Source of the DNA: an uncultured virus (IMG/VR IMGVR_UViG_3300033127_000053)
Lineage: Duplodnaviria; Heunggongvirae; Uroviricota; Caudoviricetes
DNA: 64,000 nt
Virus record (IMG/VR): IMGVR_UViG_3300033127_000053
Direction: 5' to 3' (one strand)
Shown: one piece after another, positions 27,776 to 37,270 of the stretch
Layout of the letters: each line of letters starts with the position of its first letter
How positions within the stretch are numbered: position 1 is the stretch's first letter
The notes under the pieces: generated by a model
What the model was told of the DNA's origin: nothing
Database searches by the model: none
Seen by the model: the letters and a program-made list of their open reading frames with translations, nothing else
Made by a program: the position numbers and the translations under genes

Positions 27776-29780
27776 GTAGGATCCCCAGTACTAATGAGAA
27801 ATGCTCATCGTCTTGTTGAAAAAATGTCGACATCTGCTTAGCATCGACAAACCTCTCGACGCCCATAGAAATTACCTCGGTTGCTGGTCTATCAGGGTCG
27901 TATTCTTTACCCACATAGGGATCGATGTAATTACCTACGTAGGCGACTTCGTCGTCGTCGTATGGCAAATTCGTGATTTGATTAAGCCTGCGGGGTCGCT
28001 TAGACGTCGCCTTTGAGACCTTCCAAGCCTGCGCGGCGTCGAAATACCGCGAGTCATTGGGCGACTCTAACTGATATTCAATAAAATGCCCTAGCTCGTG
28101 ATAAAACGTCGATTTACTGTAGTCACGGTTAAGCGCGCCGATGTTGACGTAATTATCATATCGATTAGCACCAGCGCGATCGCTTAGATTTAGAAACTCG
28201 TTGACGCCGACGGCTTTACCATTCGAGAGGCTGTAGACCTCGCCAAAATCTCGCCGTAATAGCTGCGCCGTCTTATCATCAATCAACGCGCTAACCCGTT
28301 TTTGGTAGAAAACAACGTCAATATCTTCGTCGCTGATGCGCCCGAGCATCTTCTTTCTAATCTTGCGCATCTGCTTTTCAATGTCGGCGCTAAGCTTTTT
28401 ATTCAATTCGGTTTTAGCGAGCCCTCGTTTAGCTAGCTCAATAGAATAAGCGCGCTTCAATTCCTCAGTTTTAGCCGCTGTCTGTGCCTTAACCAGCTCC
28501 AATAATTCAGTATTGTCTTTTATCCGATAGCGCGCGTCGGCGATGATTTTATACTCATCGGGAAACGCCGCAATCCCCTGTCGTTGAAAGTCTTTGAACG
28601 TTTTAGCGCGCTTCCCTTTTTGGGCGATCGCACGTTTAATATCGTTCGCCCTGGTACGCTGTGCCCTTTGTTGACCCTTGATGGCCTGCGCTTCAATGCG
28701 CGCCAGTGTGGCAGCGACCTCGTCGTCGATTGCCTGCATGCGCGCAACATCTTCGTCATACTCGGCAAGCGCTGCTATCAGCTCGTCGTCACTCATCGTC
28801 GGCGTGATCTTCGGCGGCGGATCGTCGATTTTTGGCTTAGGCTTGACGGCTAACCGCTTTCCTCGTGGGGTCCAATACGGGCGCGGCGCTTTGCGCTTAC
28901 CGTCGTATTTCTCGAAGGGTGTCGGGTCCGTGTAATTTGGCCTGAGCCCGAACGTACCGAGTTCGGCGACACGCTTTTTGTGATACTCGACGAACCACTG
29001 ATCATCGATCAGCCCGTCTTTTCTCCATTTGGGCGAATAGGGTAGGCTGTAACAGCGGCACCGGGGATGTGCTGGGATCTTCGCCACACCGATCCTATAG
29101 ACGTTTCCATTCCTGCCAGCGCAGAACGGACACAGGGTATGGGAGGGCACGGCCATCCATTGAAAATATTTGACGCCTGCGCGTTCATACCGAGCATAAG
29201 CCGCGCCGTTGTAGCTGCTAGACAGCTCAGTGCGTGCGATCATCTCAGCTTTAGACTTGGTCGTGCCTAAACTCTTTTTTAACTGACGTGTGAGTGCCCT
29301 AGCACCTTGCCCGCGTATGATGGCCTCTTCGACAGCAGCTTGCGCGGTGCTAATAAAATCATCGGTGTGGTTGCGCAGGCGGCGCGCGCCGTCTCGGGCC
29401 TGGTTGGCGAGGGCGTCGAAGGGAATATCGCCAAATGATTCATAGTCTTGGTTGCTGCGCGCCGTGAGTAATTCAGTCGCTAAGTCCGTGCCCGATGCGT
29501 TCCCTTGCACGAGCAGACTTTCGAACATTTCCTCGTAATCACGCCCGTTATTTGGGTTAATTCTGGTGAGTATTTGTTTGAGTCTTTGCGATCTGCGCAC
29601 TTCTAACCGCGCGCGTATGCTGCCAATGTCCGCGTTATCTGAATACCATTCGGTAAGATCGGCGGACAAATTTCGAAAGGCTCTATCAAGTGCCGCGCTG
29701 ATTTCTTTAACCGTGGATACGGTGTCGCGCTCGATAGCGCGGTCGTATCTGGAAATCAGCGCGGCGACTTCATCACTCAA
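27768..29780 (-). CDS. MuF/SPP1-gp7 minor head protein with C-terminal zincin peptidase domain
   Basis: AEMIARTE, CPFC and PAHPRCRC MuF motifs; HELGH...YVGKEY...TEVISMGVE in the extension. Confidence 0.9.
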   Translation of the reverse strand: MSDEVAALISRYDRAIERDTVSTVKEISAALDRAFRNLSADLTEWYSDNADIGSIRARLEVRRSQRLKQILTRINPNNGRDYEEMFESLLVQGNASGTDLATELLTARSNQDYESFGDIPFDALANQARDGARRLRNHTDDFISTAQAAVEEAIIRGQGARALTRQLKKSLGTTKSKAEMIARTELSSSYNGAAYARYERAGVKYFQWMAVPSHTLCPFCAGRNGNVYRIGVAKIPAHPRCRCYSLPYSPKWRKDGLIDDQWFVEYHKKRVAELGTFGLRPNYTDPTPFEKYDGKRKAPRPYWTPRGKRLAVKPKPKIDDPPPKITPTMSDDELIAALAEYDEDVARMQAIDDEVAATLARIEAQAIKGQQRAQRTRANDIKRAIAQKGKRAKTFKDFQRQGIAAFPDEYKIIADARYRIKDNTELLELVKAQTAAKTEELKRAYSIELAKRGLAKTELNKKLSADIEKQMRKIRKKMLGRISDEDIDVVFYQKRVSALIDDKTAQLLRRDFGEVYSLSNGKAVGVNEFLNLSDRAGANRYDNYVNIGALNRDYSKSTFYHELGHFIEYQLESPNDSRYFDAAQAWKVSKATSKRPRRLNQITNLPYDDDEVAYVGNYIDPYVGKEYDPDRPATEVISMGVERFVDAKQMSTFFQQDDEHFSLVLGILHD

Positions 29781-30106
29781 AGTTTTTCGTCCATTTCTTG
29801 CTGCTTAGAATTCGCCATGAAATCGGCAAAATATGCCCACTCCCACGGATCAGCCTTAAGCGTACCTCCTATGAACATGGCCGTGATTTCGTTCGCTCGA
29901 TATGGACTATATCCATCTCTAATTAGAATTTTCGCTAGATTAGTTTGTAAATGCCAGAGCGATCGCCAATCCTTTTCTAGCCGGAGTGAATACAGCGCTT
30001 GGATGTAGGCGAACGGCGCGAACAAATACAAGCAGACTAAAACAGCCGTGTAGGCCACGGTCAAAATAGCCATCGCCAACAAAATAGAATTACTCATCGT
30101 CTTCAC
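29777..30106 (-). CDS. hypothetical membrane protein
   Basis: N-terminal hydrophobic helix; coupled to its neighbours. Confidence 0.6.
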   Translation of the reverse strand: MKTMSNSILLAMAILTVAYTAVLVCLYLFAPFAYIQALYSLRLEKDWRSLWHLQTNLAKILIRDGYSPYRANEITAMFIGGTLKADPWEWAYFADFMANSKQQEMDEKL

Positions 30107-30578
30107 CGGGCACGGGCAATGCGGGCAGTGTTTTAAGTTTCTTAGCTATCCATTGCGGAAGCTCGCAGGCGACGACGTTACCCGCGCCACGGTCTTGATC
30201 ACACACTAAAATGTCGCCAATAGTGCACGTTTCGTTATCGACGAGAATAGCCGATTGGATGTCTTCAATCGTTGATTCTATAGCCGCCGCGTCTAGATCA
30301 CAGACGTGCGTCGACGGCCAGTTAAGCCCGTTATATATGAGCGCGTCGCCTGCGTACAACTTCGGTATCTCGTCGCATGCGTGCGTCGCCGCTATGCGTC
30401 GGTTAGTGCTTTCGTAATTGGTCTCACCGAACGGACTATAAGCAAAATAAGTGATAAGCACCGTTGGTTCGCGCCCCGCCTGCGGCGGTTTTTTGGTAAG
30501 CGTCGGGCTCGGGTGTCGTTTAAGTGTTCGGCTATATTCGTCGATGACGGCTTCGGATAAGGGCATGCAGTTTACCAA
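30090..30578 (-). CDS. hypothetical protein (start may be ATG 30566)
   Basis: 162-aa ORF overlapping the next gene. Confidence 0.6.
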   Translation of the reverse strand: MVNCMPLSEAVIDEYSRTLKRHPSPTLTKKPPQAGREPTVLITYFAYSPFGETNYESTNRRIAATHACDEIPKLYAGDALIYNGLNWPSTHVCDLDAAAIESTIEDIQSAILVDNETCTIGDILVCDQDRGAGNVVACELPQWIAKKLKTLPALPVPGEDDE

Positions 30579-30579
30579 T

Positions 30580-30617
30580 AAAAAAAAGACCCTAACAGCA
30601 TCTCATTGCTAGGGTCT
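30580..30617 (-). terminator. intrinsic terminator
   Basis: agacccta...tagggtct stem with a U run on the minus strand. Confidence 0.75.
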
Positions 30618-30665
30618 AAGGATATGTTCCTTCAAAACATGTTAAATATTCTACATTTCGAATCG

Positions 30666-31175
30666 CTAAATGTTCAACGTGCCGCCATCTTCAACGACCA
30701 TCGAGCGGTTAAACGCCGGTTTCGTCGAAAATTGTTCTAGCAGCTCGAACACTCTATCGTTGGGATATTCAAGGCCCGTAAGCTCTTTTCTGATTGTTAA
30801 ATTAATTGATTCGCACATCGCTTGTAAAACGTCTATTACGCGCCTTACTGCGTATCTCTCACCACTAATTTCCATCTCCCTAACAATATCTATTTTTTCT
30901 AAACAGCCTTTGATATTAACGTAAGTCATCTCGTCGTTGCGATCACGAAAGCACTTAATAACCACAAAGTTAATCATTAACCCGTTCCGACTAGGAGAAT
31001 TTTCAGGCGCTCTAGGCAACTTTGAATCCGTAAGAACGTTAATGTAATCAATGCATCCGAAAGCCCTATAAAAATTGTTCAAATCATCTAAAGAGTAGAA
31101 CTTAAAATCGAATCGACAATATAGTTTAGACGCGATAACCGCGTTTATAAGTTCGTCTAGTTGTTCTCGTCTCAT
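30666..31175 (-). CDS. hypothetical protein (AT-rich)
   Basis: 169-aa ORF, last gene of the inserted unit. Confidence 0.7.
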   Translation of the reverse strand: MRREQLDELINAVIASKLYCRFDFKFYSLDDLNNFYRAFGCIDYINVLTDSKLPRAPENSPSRNGLMINFVVIKCFRDRNDEMTYVNIKGCLEKIDIVREMEISGERYAVRRVIDVLQAMCESINLTIRKELTGLEYPNDRVFELLEQFSTKPAFNRSMVVEDGGTLNI

Positions 31176-31213
31176 TGTTGTTCTTCGTTTAATTCGTGTC
31201 TATTTAACATGGT

Positions 31214-31381
31214 TTAAGTCGTAGTCGCTTCACATTCGACAGTACTATCGACTTCAGTTAGCTCGACACCGTCATCTGAAGCCGTCACGCAATAATTAGT
31301 CGTGCTCGCGCATGCAGTTGATGACAACAACATCGCGAGCAAGACTAACCCTTTTATTTTATTTTTCTGCTTGCTTTCCAT
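31214..31381 (-). CDS. small predicted lipoprotein (absent from the ORF track)
   Basis: MESKQKNKIKGLVLLAMLLSSTAC-ASTTNYC...: basic N-region, hydrophobic core, lipobox-like Cys. Confidence 0.6.
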   Translation of the reverse strand: MESKQKNKIKGLVLLAMLLSSTACASTTNYCVTASDDGVELTEVDSTVECEATTT

Positions 31382-31797
31382 TCGTCAGCGTCTAGTGATT
31401 GCCAGTTGTTGACGTGAAAAAGACTCGTCTCGTTCAGCGTTCTTCTAATGAGTAATCGTGTCTTATTCGTCATTAACGTTTGGCCAATGCTAACGCCGTG
31501 CGACTCTTCGCTGTAGAACATGGGCGCGATTTCGGCTACATACAAATCCTCTATGAGGCAACGCAAGATGGGCATAGGCGCTATCACGTATAGTTTTCCT
31601 TCGATGGTTCTAACGTCTACCCCTAAGTTTTGGCTATACAGGCCGGTGATTTCGCTCACTTTCAGCATCAAGTGATCAGCCAAGAAAGTTGTTATTTTCA
31701 CCGACGTAATGCCGTTGGTTTCTACCAAGTGCACACGGTAGTTATTGTTTATGTCAAGTTTCAGCTTGTTCAAGTTAGGTGTTAGTTCTGAAGGCAT
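31354..31797 (-). CDS. hypothetical protein
   Basis: 147 aa; RBS AAAGGAAAC. Confidence 0.75.
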   Translation of the reverse strand: MPSELTPNLNKLKLDINNNYRVHLVETNGITSVKITTFLADHLMLKVSEITGLYSQNLGVDVRTIEGKLYVIAPMPILRCLIEDLYVAEIAPMFYSEESHGVSIGQTLMTNKTRLLIRRTLNETSLFHVNNWQSLDADEWKASRKIK

Positions 31798-31804
31798 TGT
31801 TTCC

Positions 31805-32283
31805 TTTGAATTCTATTAGGCCTTTACAGAGTAGTGCCCAAACTCTAGAAAAACGTCGTTCGTATCGTGAACAAGACGACTGGCCATCTCAGCACATGGC
31901 GATTGACTGCACGTGACCCGGTGCGGGGTGACTCGCGTTACCTAGTTGGTTGAAAACTAGCGAAGCCAACGGGTTTTAGCTTGGTAGGGTGTTTTTACGT
32001 CCATCACCCCGTTATTACGTTGTTACCGGGCTCGTCATCCCCCGGTCGGGCGCTCTGGTGTTGCCGCTCCCTTTCCCGTCCATCCACATTTAACAACGTT
32101 GACAGGGGAAATACTGACGCGATATAACGACTGAATTTATAATCCCTACAGCTCGGGCGTTTTCCAAGTCATCATCTTGGCAGGTTCACAAAGCCGCCTG
32201 GTTGGCTTATCGGGCCTCTTCTGATTAGGTGCCGCAGACGATGATTTATTGAGGACTCAACCCCGTGGCCTCGTCAACCACAT
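31805..32283 (-). ncRNA. candidate large structured RNA / long 5' leader
   Basis: no ORF of 60 aa or more; at least 10 hairpins and long-range complementarities; directly downstream of a sigma70 promoter. Confidence 0.55.
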
Positions 32284-32287
32284 TTAT

Positions 32288-32316
32288 AGAATAACGTGAC
32301 GACTTTAAGGTGTCAA
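32288..32316 (-). promoter_or_regulatory. sigma70-type promoter
   Basis: TTGACA-ccttaaagtcgtcacgt(17)-TATTCT; spacer nearly identical to the promoter at 236. Confidence 0.75.
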
Positions 32317-32406
32317 GGGATTCGACGGATTAATTTGTGAAACCGGGCTGAAACGCTTGCGGCGACTGAGGAAAAAAGTTTGTTGCAGTTTGTAAAGTGA
32401 GTACTA

Positions 32407-32441
32407 TAAAACCCCTAGACGGTGAAGAACTAGGGGCTTTA
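32407..32441 (-). terminator. intrinsic terminator
   Basis: cccctag...ctagggg stem flanked by A/T runs, downstream of ORF 32546. Confidence 0.65.
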
Positions 32442-32545
32442 CAGTGTCTCGTCGAGGTTAGTCGACCGTTGGTAGGGCGCGTCAGGCTTGGATAGAGCCG
32501 TTCGCTAGCCAGATTTGGAGATTAGTGGCTAAGAGGATAATAGCA

Positions 32546-32767
32546 CTAATCACCTATAATCGCGTCGTCAGCCAAGAAGATAGACAGTTTCTCGTCATCG
32601 GCAGACATAGTTTCAAAAGAAAATCTATCAGGCAAGACTTCAGACTCACGACAATAATTTTCTAATGTGTCTAGCATCTTAAGTATTTCTGACTTGACAT
32701 CATTAAATGTCGCGCGATCGCTATCAAAGTTAAATTCAATTTTGATTATTTTGTCGGCTGTGCTCAT
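32546..32767 (-). CDS. small acidic hypothetical protein (moron-like)
   Basis: has its own promoter and terminator. Confidence 0.7.
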   Translation of the reverse strand: MSTADKIIKIEFNFDSDRATFNDVKSEILKMLDTLENYCRESEVLPDRFSFETMSADDEKLSIFLADDAIIGD

Positions 32768-32796
32768 AGCGGTTACGTGGAAAATGGTTCGTCATC

Positions 32797-32825
32797 ATCA
32801 TAAAGTAACAGCTTTAATATGTCAA
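32797..32825 (-). promoter_or_regulatory. sigma70-type promoter
   Basis: TTGACA-17-TATGAT upstream of ATG 32767. Confidence 0.75.
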
Positions 32826-32832
32826 CACGTCG

Positions 32833-33528
32833 TTAGTAGTTGCCATGAACCCCTAATACTAAGTGTGATTTCCCTGACGCTTGTATGACTTCTTGCACCG
32901 GATCTCTAAACCTCTCAGTGAACTCTCTTTTTTCGGATGCTCGATAAGTGGGGACTAGCAATTCTTCACCATCTACGGCTTTCCAAGACAAGTTTTCTTG
33001 ATAAAGGATTCCAAGGTATCCCCATAGCTCACCGTCGACGAATATAGGACAAGAACTTTCAGCGATTAGGCCATTGGTTCGCCAAATTGTCGCCGTAGAG
33101 CTATCAGATTTGACGTTGTAGACACCAAGTGACACACAGCGGCCTGTCTGATGTTCCCTTAATATCTCGTCGTTCGGCGGCTCATATGTACCGACGCAAT
33201 GGCCCGATTTAGGGCTAACACCCACGGGATAAACGAACGTGTTAGTCGCCCTACAGCGGAACGTAAAATTATCTTGATACTGAAACGCGCCAACAATAAA
33301 GTTTTGATGTCGTTTATTTTCTGGCGTCAGTTTGACGATTTCATTAAAGATTGCCCGCTCTAATTTCATTTCGGGCGGGTCTGATAGCGGCGTGAAAAGA
33401 TAGCCCACACTTGATATAAACCCGACGCCAATAAGCGATCCTAAAACCCTAGAAAGCGCGCCCGTTAACACGCCCGTTAGGCTTGAAGACGCGCCCGCAT
33501 GTTCAAATATTTTTGGCCACTCCATCAC
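32833..33528 (-). CDS. membrane-anchored GAF-like protein
   Basis: N-terminal TM; SCPIFVDGELWGYLGILY GAF-type hairpin. Confidence 0.55.
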   Translation of the reverse strand: MMEWPKIFEHAGASSSLTGVLTGALSRVLGSLIGVGFISSVGYLFTPLSDPPEMKLERAIFNEIVKLTPENKRHQNFIVGAFQYQDNFTFRCRATNTFVYPVGVSPKSGHCVGTYEPPNDEILREHQTGRCVSLGVYNVKSDSSTATIWRTNGLIAESSCPIFVDGELWGYLGILYQENLSWKAVDGEELLVPTYRASEKREFTERFRDPVQEVIQASGKSHLVLGVHGNY

Positions 33529-33555
33529 CTTAAGACCGTCACCAACAACACCATT

Positions 33556-35136
33556 TTAACCCCCCACAAATTCGCCAAAGAATTGGATCTGTGGAATCTG
33601 AGATTTGGCAGTATCCACATATATTTGCCAGGTATTAATCAGCCCATCATGGGGGACGCCATGAGCATTCGCATGTTGGAGCCACCATAGGGCATCTTCA
33701 GCAACAATGGCCTCCACGCTATCAAAGGCGGGTTTTAGGTTCTTGAAGTAATCAATCAAGGCAGTATAAGAACTCGTAGGCGCTGCTGCCAAGGTGTTGT
33801 AGAGCTGTGTTTGTTCCTCAAGAGACGTATGATCTTCTTGTGCCTTGCGCCACTCTACAAAGGTGCGAGGAGACTCCTTTGCGCCCTCTTCTGCCAAGTA
33901 GAGATCCCGATCATTTTCCATCGTCTCCAACCATTCAGCGGGAGCTGTAGCAATATCGTTGTTTAGCTTGATCATCTGGCTAGCGATTTCCTTTTGCCTA
34001 GCCGATGCCCCTGAATCATTAACGACGGCTTGCCAATCGGCTGTGGCACCACTGGTAAAGGCGTTATCTAGGAGCGTAGCTGCTGGCACTGGCACAGCAT
34101 TAAAGGAAACAACATCGCTAAGGCTCTCAGTGGGTGCGGTGTCGCTAAGCGTTACTTTCAATTGCAAGGTGAACGTTCCCACGCTCGTAATCCCAAGCTG
34201 AGATAAGGAATAAGTCTTAACAAGTGTTCCGGTTTGTGTGCGATCGCCCGTGATTTTAGGCGCACCATTCACCAAAAGCTCCCACGCTTCAACGGTATGG
34301 ACATGATCGATGTACATCGTCACAGGGACAGCATCATCTAAACTCACGTCGCCACCAGCCCCAATAAGGAAGCTTTGCAGTGGTTCGGCAGGCCCAGCCG
34401 GGTTGTAGACGTCGAAGGGCTCAGTCTCAGTCACCACTCCGTCTGTGTAGTGATACTCCAACACGATTTCATGCGGGCCGTACGACAAGAAGCTTTCAAG
34501 CCGCAACGTGTAGACACCTGCCATATGGTCGGGAGCGGGGAAAGTAGCACTGCGGATAGTCGCAGGCCATTGTCCCAGGCGGTTGATGGTGGCGACCAAT
34601 TTGACGAACTGGCGATCTTCGGTGTCCGGATCTGGTGCGCCCCATTGCACGTTAAGACCCGTGTTCATTGAGATTGTTTTTGTCAGGGGCAAATCACTCA
34701 GAATTCCTTCGGGCAAAACCTCAGGATGGGCAACAAAAAACACGATGCTTTCAGTTGTGCCGTCGCTCAATGTAGCTGACAATTCTATTCGGTTGGGATC
34801 TTCACTGAGACCATAAACGCGAGTGTAAGCATAAGACCCCATAACGCCCGTCTGTGGCTCATTTCCTCGCTCTGTCGATACCTGCAATTCGGTGACGCTT
34901 AACGCGCTGTCGGATGGCCACACATAGGCATCCGCATAGGAGCGGGTAGCTTCCCTGTAGATGATTTCGTAGGGTGCGATCGCGTTGCTTCTATAGCTTT
35001 TGTAGAAATTAATCGCCTGTGTCTTTGGCGTAACTTCAATGGGTCTACTTGGCAATTGTTGAATTTTGCCATCCCGATGTGAAAGACGGCAGTGAACCAG
35101 ATATCTACCAGGGACTAATGGGAGAACTAAAGGCAT
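33556..35136 (-). CDS. hypothetical beta-rich structural protein
   Basis: 526 aa, tightly packed in the late operon. Confidence 0.7.
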   Translation of the reverse strand: MPLVLPLVPGRYLVHCRLSHRDGKIQQLPSRPIEVTPKTQAINFYKSYRSNAIAPYEIIYREATRSYADAYVWPSDSALSVTELQVSTERGNEPQTGVMGSYAYTRVYGLSEDPNRIELSATLSDGTTESIVFFVAHPEVLPEGILSDLPLTKTISMNTGLNVQWGAPDPDTEDRQFVKLVATINRLGQWPATIRSATFPAPDHMAGVYTLRLESFLSYGPHEIVLEYHYTDGVVTETEPFDVYNPAGPAEPLQSFLIGAGGDVSLDDAVPVTMYIDHVHTVEAWELLVNGAPKITGDRTQTGTLVKTYSLSQLGITSVGTFTLQLKVTLSDTAPTESLSDVVSFNAVPVPAATLLDNAFTSGATADWQAVVNDSGASARQKEIASQMIKLNNDIATAPAEWLETMENDRDLYLAEEGAKESPRTFVEWRKAQEDHTSLEEQTQLYNTLAAAPTSSYTALIDYFKNLKPAFDSVEAIVAEDALWWLQHANAHGVPHDGLINTWQIYVDTAKSQIPQIQFFGEFVGG

Positions 35137-35139
35137 GGC

Positions 35140-36576
35140 TTAGGGCTCTGGCACGACAGTATAATCAACGTCTACAACGGTATCGGCAAAAGTCTCAGTG
35201 GGCACCACTTCCGACCCCGCCTCAGCCGTACTAGGCACGCTGAAAGTCGATTGAACAGTGGCAGGATCGGCAGGTTGAAGTACGGTGAAAAATGCGTTCA
35301 ACTCGACGACTTGCGGCGCGTCAGAATACAACACATAGCCCCTTAGAGCGTAGTCGCCCACTGGTGGCGCGGGAATGTATGCGTAACCAGCGCCGGGGAT
35401 GAGTTCATGCGTGGTTACGCTTAATTCGTCAAACGATGGCCACCACTCAAAATAGACTCTAATAAATTGCTGGTGCCTATCGATGGGGAGTCTGACCCCA
35501 AGTGCATATAATTCACCCTCTTGTAGATCGGTAGCGCCGGGGTAACCGCCTCGCCATTCAGTTTCAACGGCATAGAAATCAACCGGGATAAATGCGATGT
35601 GCGTGCCACCGCTCTCAGTTGTAACGATGATTCGAAAACCATCGGTGTCATCGTTCACCAACAAATAGCTGGTGTTAGCGCCCCACGGCATACCGTCAGT
35701 ACTTCTCAGATGAGCGATCCCATTAGACCCATCAATAGGGGAATCTAGCCCGTTTAGGGCATCCCACCGCATGTATGCCACACGCTCACCATTACTCAAC
35801 TCAATGGCTAGCGGAATCGCGGGGACGGGCGTTTGACCCGCATCCCTTCGCCGTGTCTTGTATCGAATGCTAAGCCCTTCAGTGAATTTAATTACATAGG
35901 TTGATTCACCATCCCGCCCCCAAAAGTCGTCCTCTAATACATCGCTTTCTATTGCATCCTCAAAATGTCTTTTAACATCGGCAGTAGCCTCGGGCGTGAC
36001 CTCAAACGTTGCGACTGGACGATCTGTGGCTAGCTGGTTGCCCGTGAAGTGGATCGGGGAATTGTCAGTGGGGAATATGCCATAAGTACCGATTTCTTCA
36101 GCGGTAAACTCACGGGCGAAAATGTACACCATCGCCTCATTACCGTCTTGAGTGAAACCCCTATCATGGGCAACCTCAATTGTCTCCTCACCACGCTTGG
36201 CAACAAAATCTGTCGATAGTGGTGTGGTGAAGATCATGCTGTAGACGATCCGCATTTGGACCGCCACAGGATACCCAGCCGGAACGCTAGGCGGATAGAG
36301 TTCTAGCTCAGTAAAAATAGGGTGATACTTGAACTCAAAAAGTCTTGTGGCTGTTGATTGCGTGCCATCGGTAGCGGTCGCTGCGCCTTCCACAGCCCAT
36401 AGCTCCCAACTACCTTCTGTGATGCCATCGATGTTAGGCACTCTGGCTATGATGTCGACAACTTCAGCATTTGTTGCTTGCGTAAATTGGAGCGATGGCA
36501 CGACCACAGCATCATTTGGACCCCGTAAAATAAGAGCCGAATTCCCAATACTGGTAATGCTGATAGGTGGTGCCAT
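35140..36576 (-). CDS. hypothetical beta-rich structural protein
   Basis: 478 aa, acidic, tightly packed. Confidence 0.7.
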   Translation of the reverse strand: MAPPISITSIGNSALILRGPNDAVVVPSLQFTQATNAEVVDIIARVPNIDGITEGSWELWAVEGAATATDGTQSTATRLFEFKYHPIFTELELYPPSVPAGYPVAVQMRIVYSMIFTTPLSTDFVAKRGEETIEVAHDRGFTQDGNEAMVYIFAREFTAEEIGTYGIFPTDNSPIHFTGNQLATDRPVATFEVTPEATADVKRHFEDAIESDVLEDDFWGRDGESTYVIKFTEGLSIRYKTRRRDAGQTPVPAIPLAIELSNGERVAYMRWDALNGLDSPIDGSNGIAHLRSTDGMPWGANTSYLLVNDDTDGFRIIVTTESGGTHIAFIPVDFYAVETEWRGGYPGATDLQEGELYALGVRLPIDRHQQFIRVYFEWWPSFDELSVTTHELIPGAGYAYIPAPPVGDYALRGYVLYSDAPQVVELNAFFTVLQPADPATVQSTFSVPSTAEAGSEVVPTETFADTVVDVDYTVVPEP

Positions 36577-36593
36577 CGCTTTTTTTTAGTAAA

Positions 36594-37043
36594 CTACTGC
36601 TCGGTTGACGTAAATCTAACGTTTGCTGGCCCATTGAGGGTGTCCGCTAAGAAATTAGGATCGGTAATGGTTGTTCCACTCGTCCCCCAACCGCTCACGT
36701 ATTCGACCGTTATTTCGGTACTAATCGCACTTGTGGCGATGTCGATGATCTGAAACCAAATCTCAATCGCATCATTAAGAATCGCATTGTGGACATCACG
36801 AACCCTTCCGGGCACAGTTTTTAAGCTAAGCCGTCCTAACGCACCTGTCGTGCCATTCTCAGGCCCCAAGATAGGGGGCGATACCATGCGCACAGACAGT
36901 ACTTTCTTCTCTGGGTTCGTGGCATCGTCTGTCACGCTCACCGCCTCAAGGGGGATAGGATCCGTTAATCCTGTAAGCGTTAGTTCTAGAGAGTCGGCGG
37001 TTAACGTTGCCTCATTGATATTGTGGAAATCGCCAGTGGCCAT
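36594..37043 (-). CDS. hypothetical structural protein
   Basis: C-terminus GTTITDPNFL...VRF shared with ORF 37062. Confidence 0.7.
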   Translation of the reverse strand: MATGDFHNINEATLTADSLELTLTGLTDPIPLEAVSVTDDATNPEKKVLSVRMVSPPILGPENGTTGALGRLSLKTVPGRVRDVHNAILNDAIEIWFQIIDIATSAISTEITVEYVSGWGTSGTTITDPNFLADTLNGPANVRFTSTEQ

Positions 37044-37061
37044 ATTTAATAGTCTCCTAAA

Positions 37062-37268
37062 TTACGTGAATTCAACAGATTCAAAACGAACCTGTATTGG
37101 GTCTGTCTTGTTTGTCAGAAAATTAGGGTCGGTTACGGTCCCTCCGGATGGGCCTAACCCCTCTAGATACTCAGCGAAAATCGCTGTTAGAAATAAAGGA
37201 GCGATTTTCGCTGTCTGCACCATACTTGACGGTGCGCCGACAAACATAGTCAAAAGTGTTTTGTCCAT
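37062..37268 (-). CDS. hypothetical protein
   Basis: GGTVTDPNFL...VRF motif shared with ORF 36594. Confidence 0.6.
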   Translation of the reverse strand: MDKTLLTMFVGAPSSMVQTAKIAPLFLTAIFAEYLEGLGPSGGTVTDPNFLTNKTDPIQVRFESVEFT

Positions 37269-37270
37269 AA

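Noticed and set aside
31805..32283. tRNA, tmRNA, hammerhead or CsrB-like RNA
   Set aside because: No T-loop/CCA end, no CUGAUGA...GAAA core in the right context, and too few GGA loops
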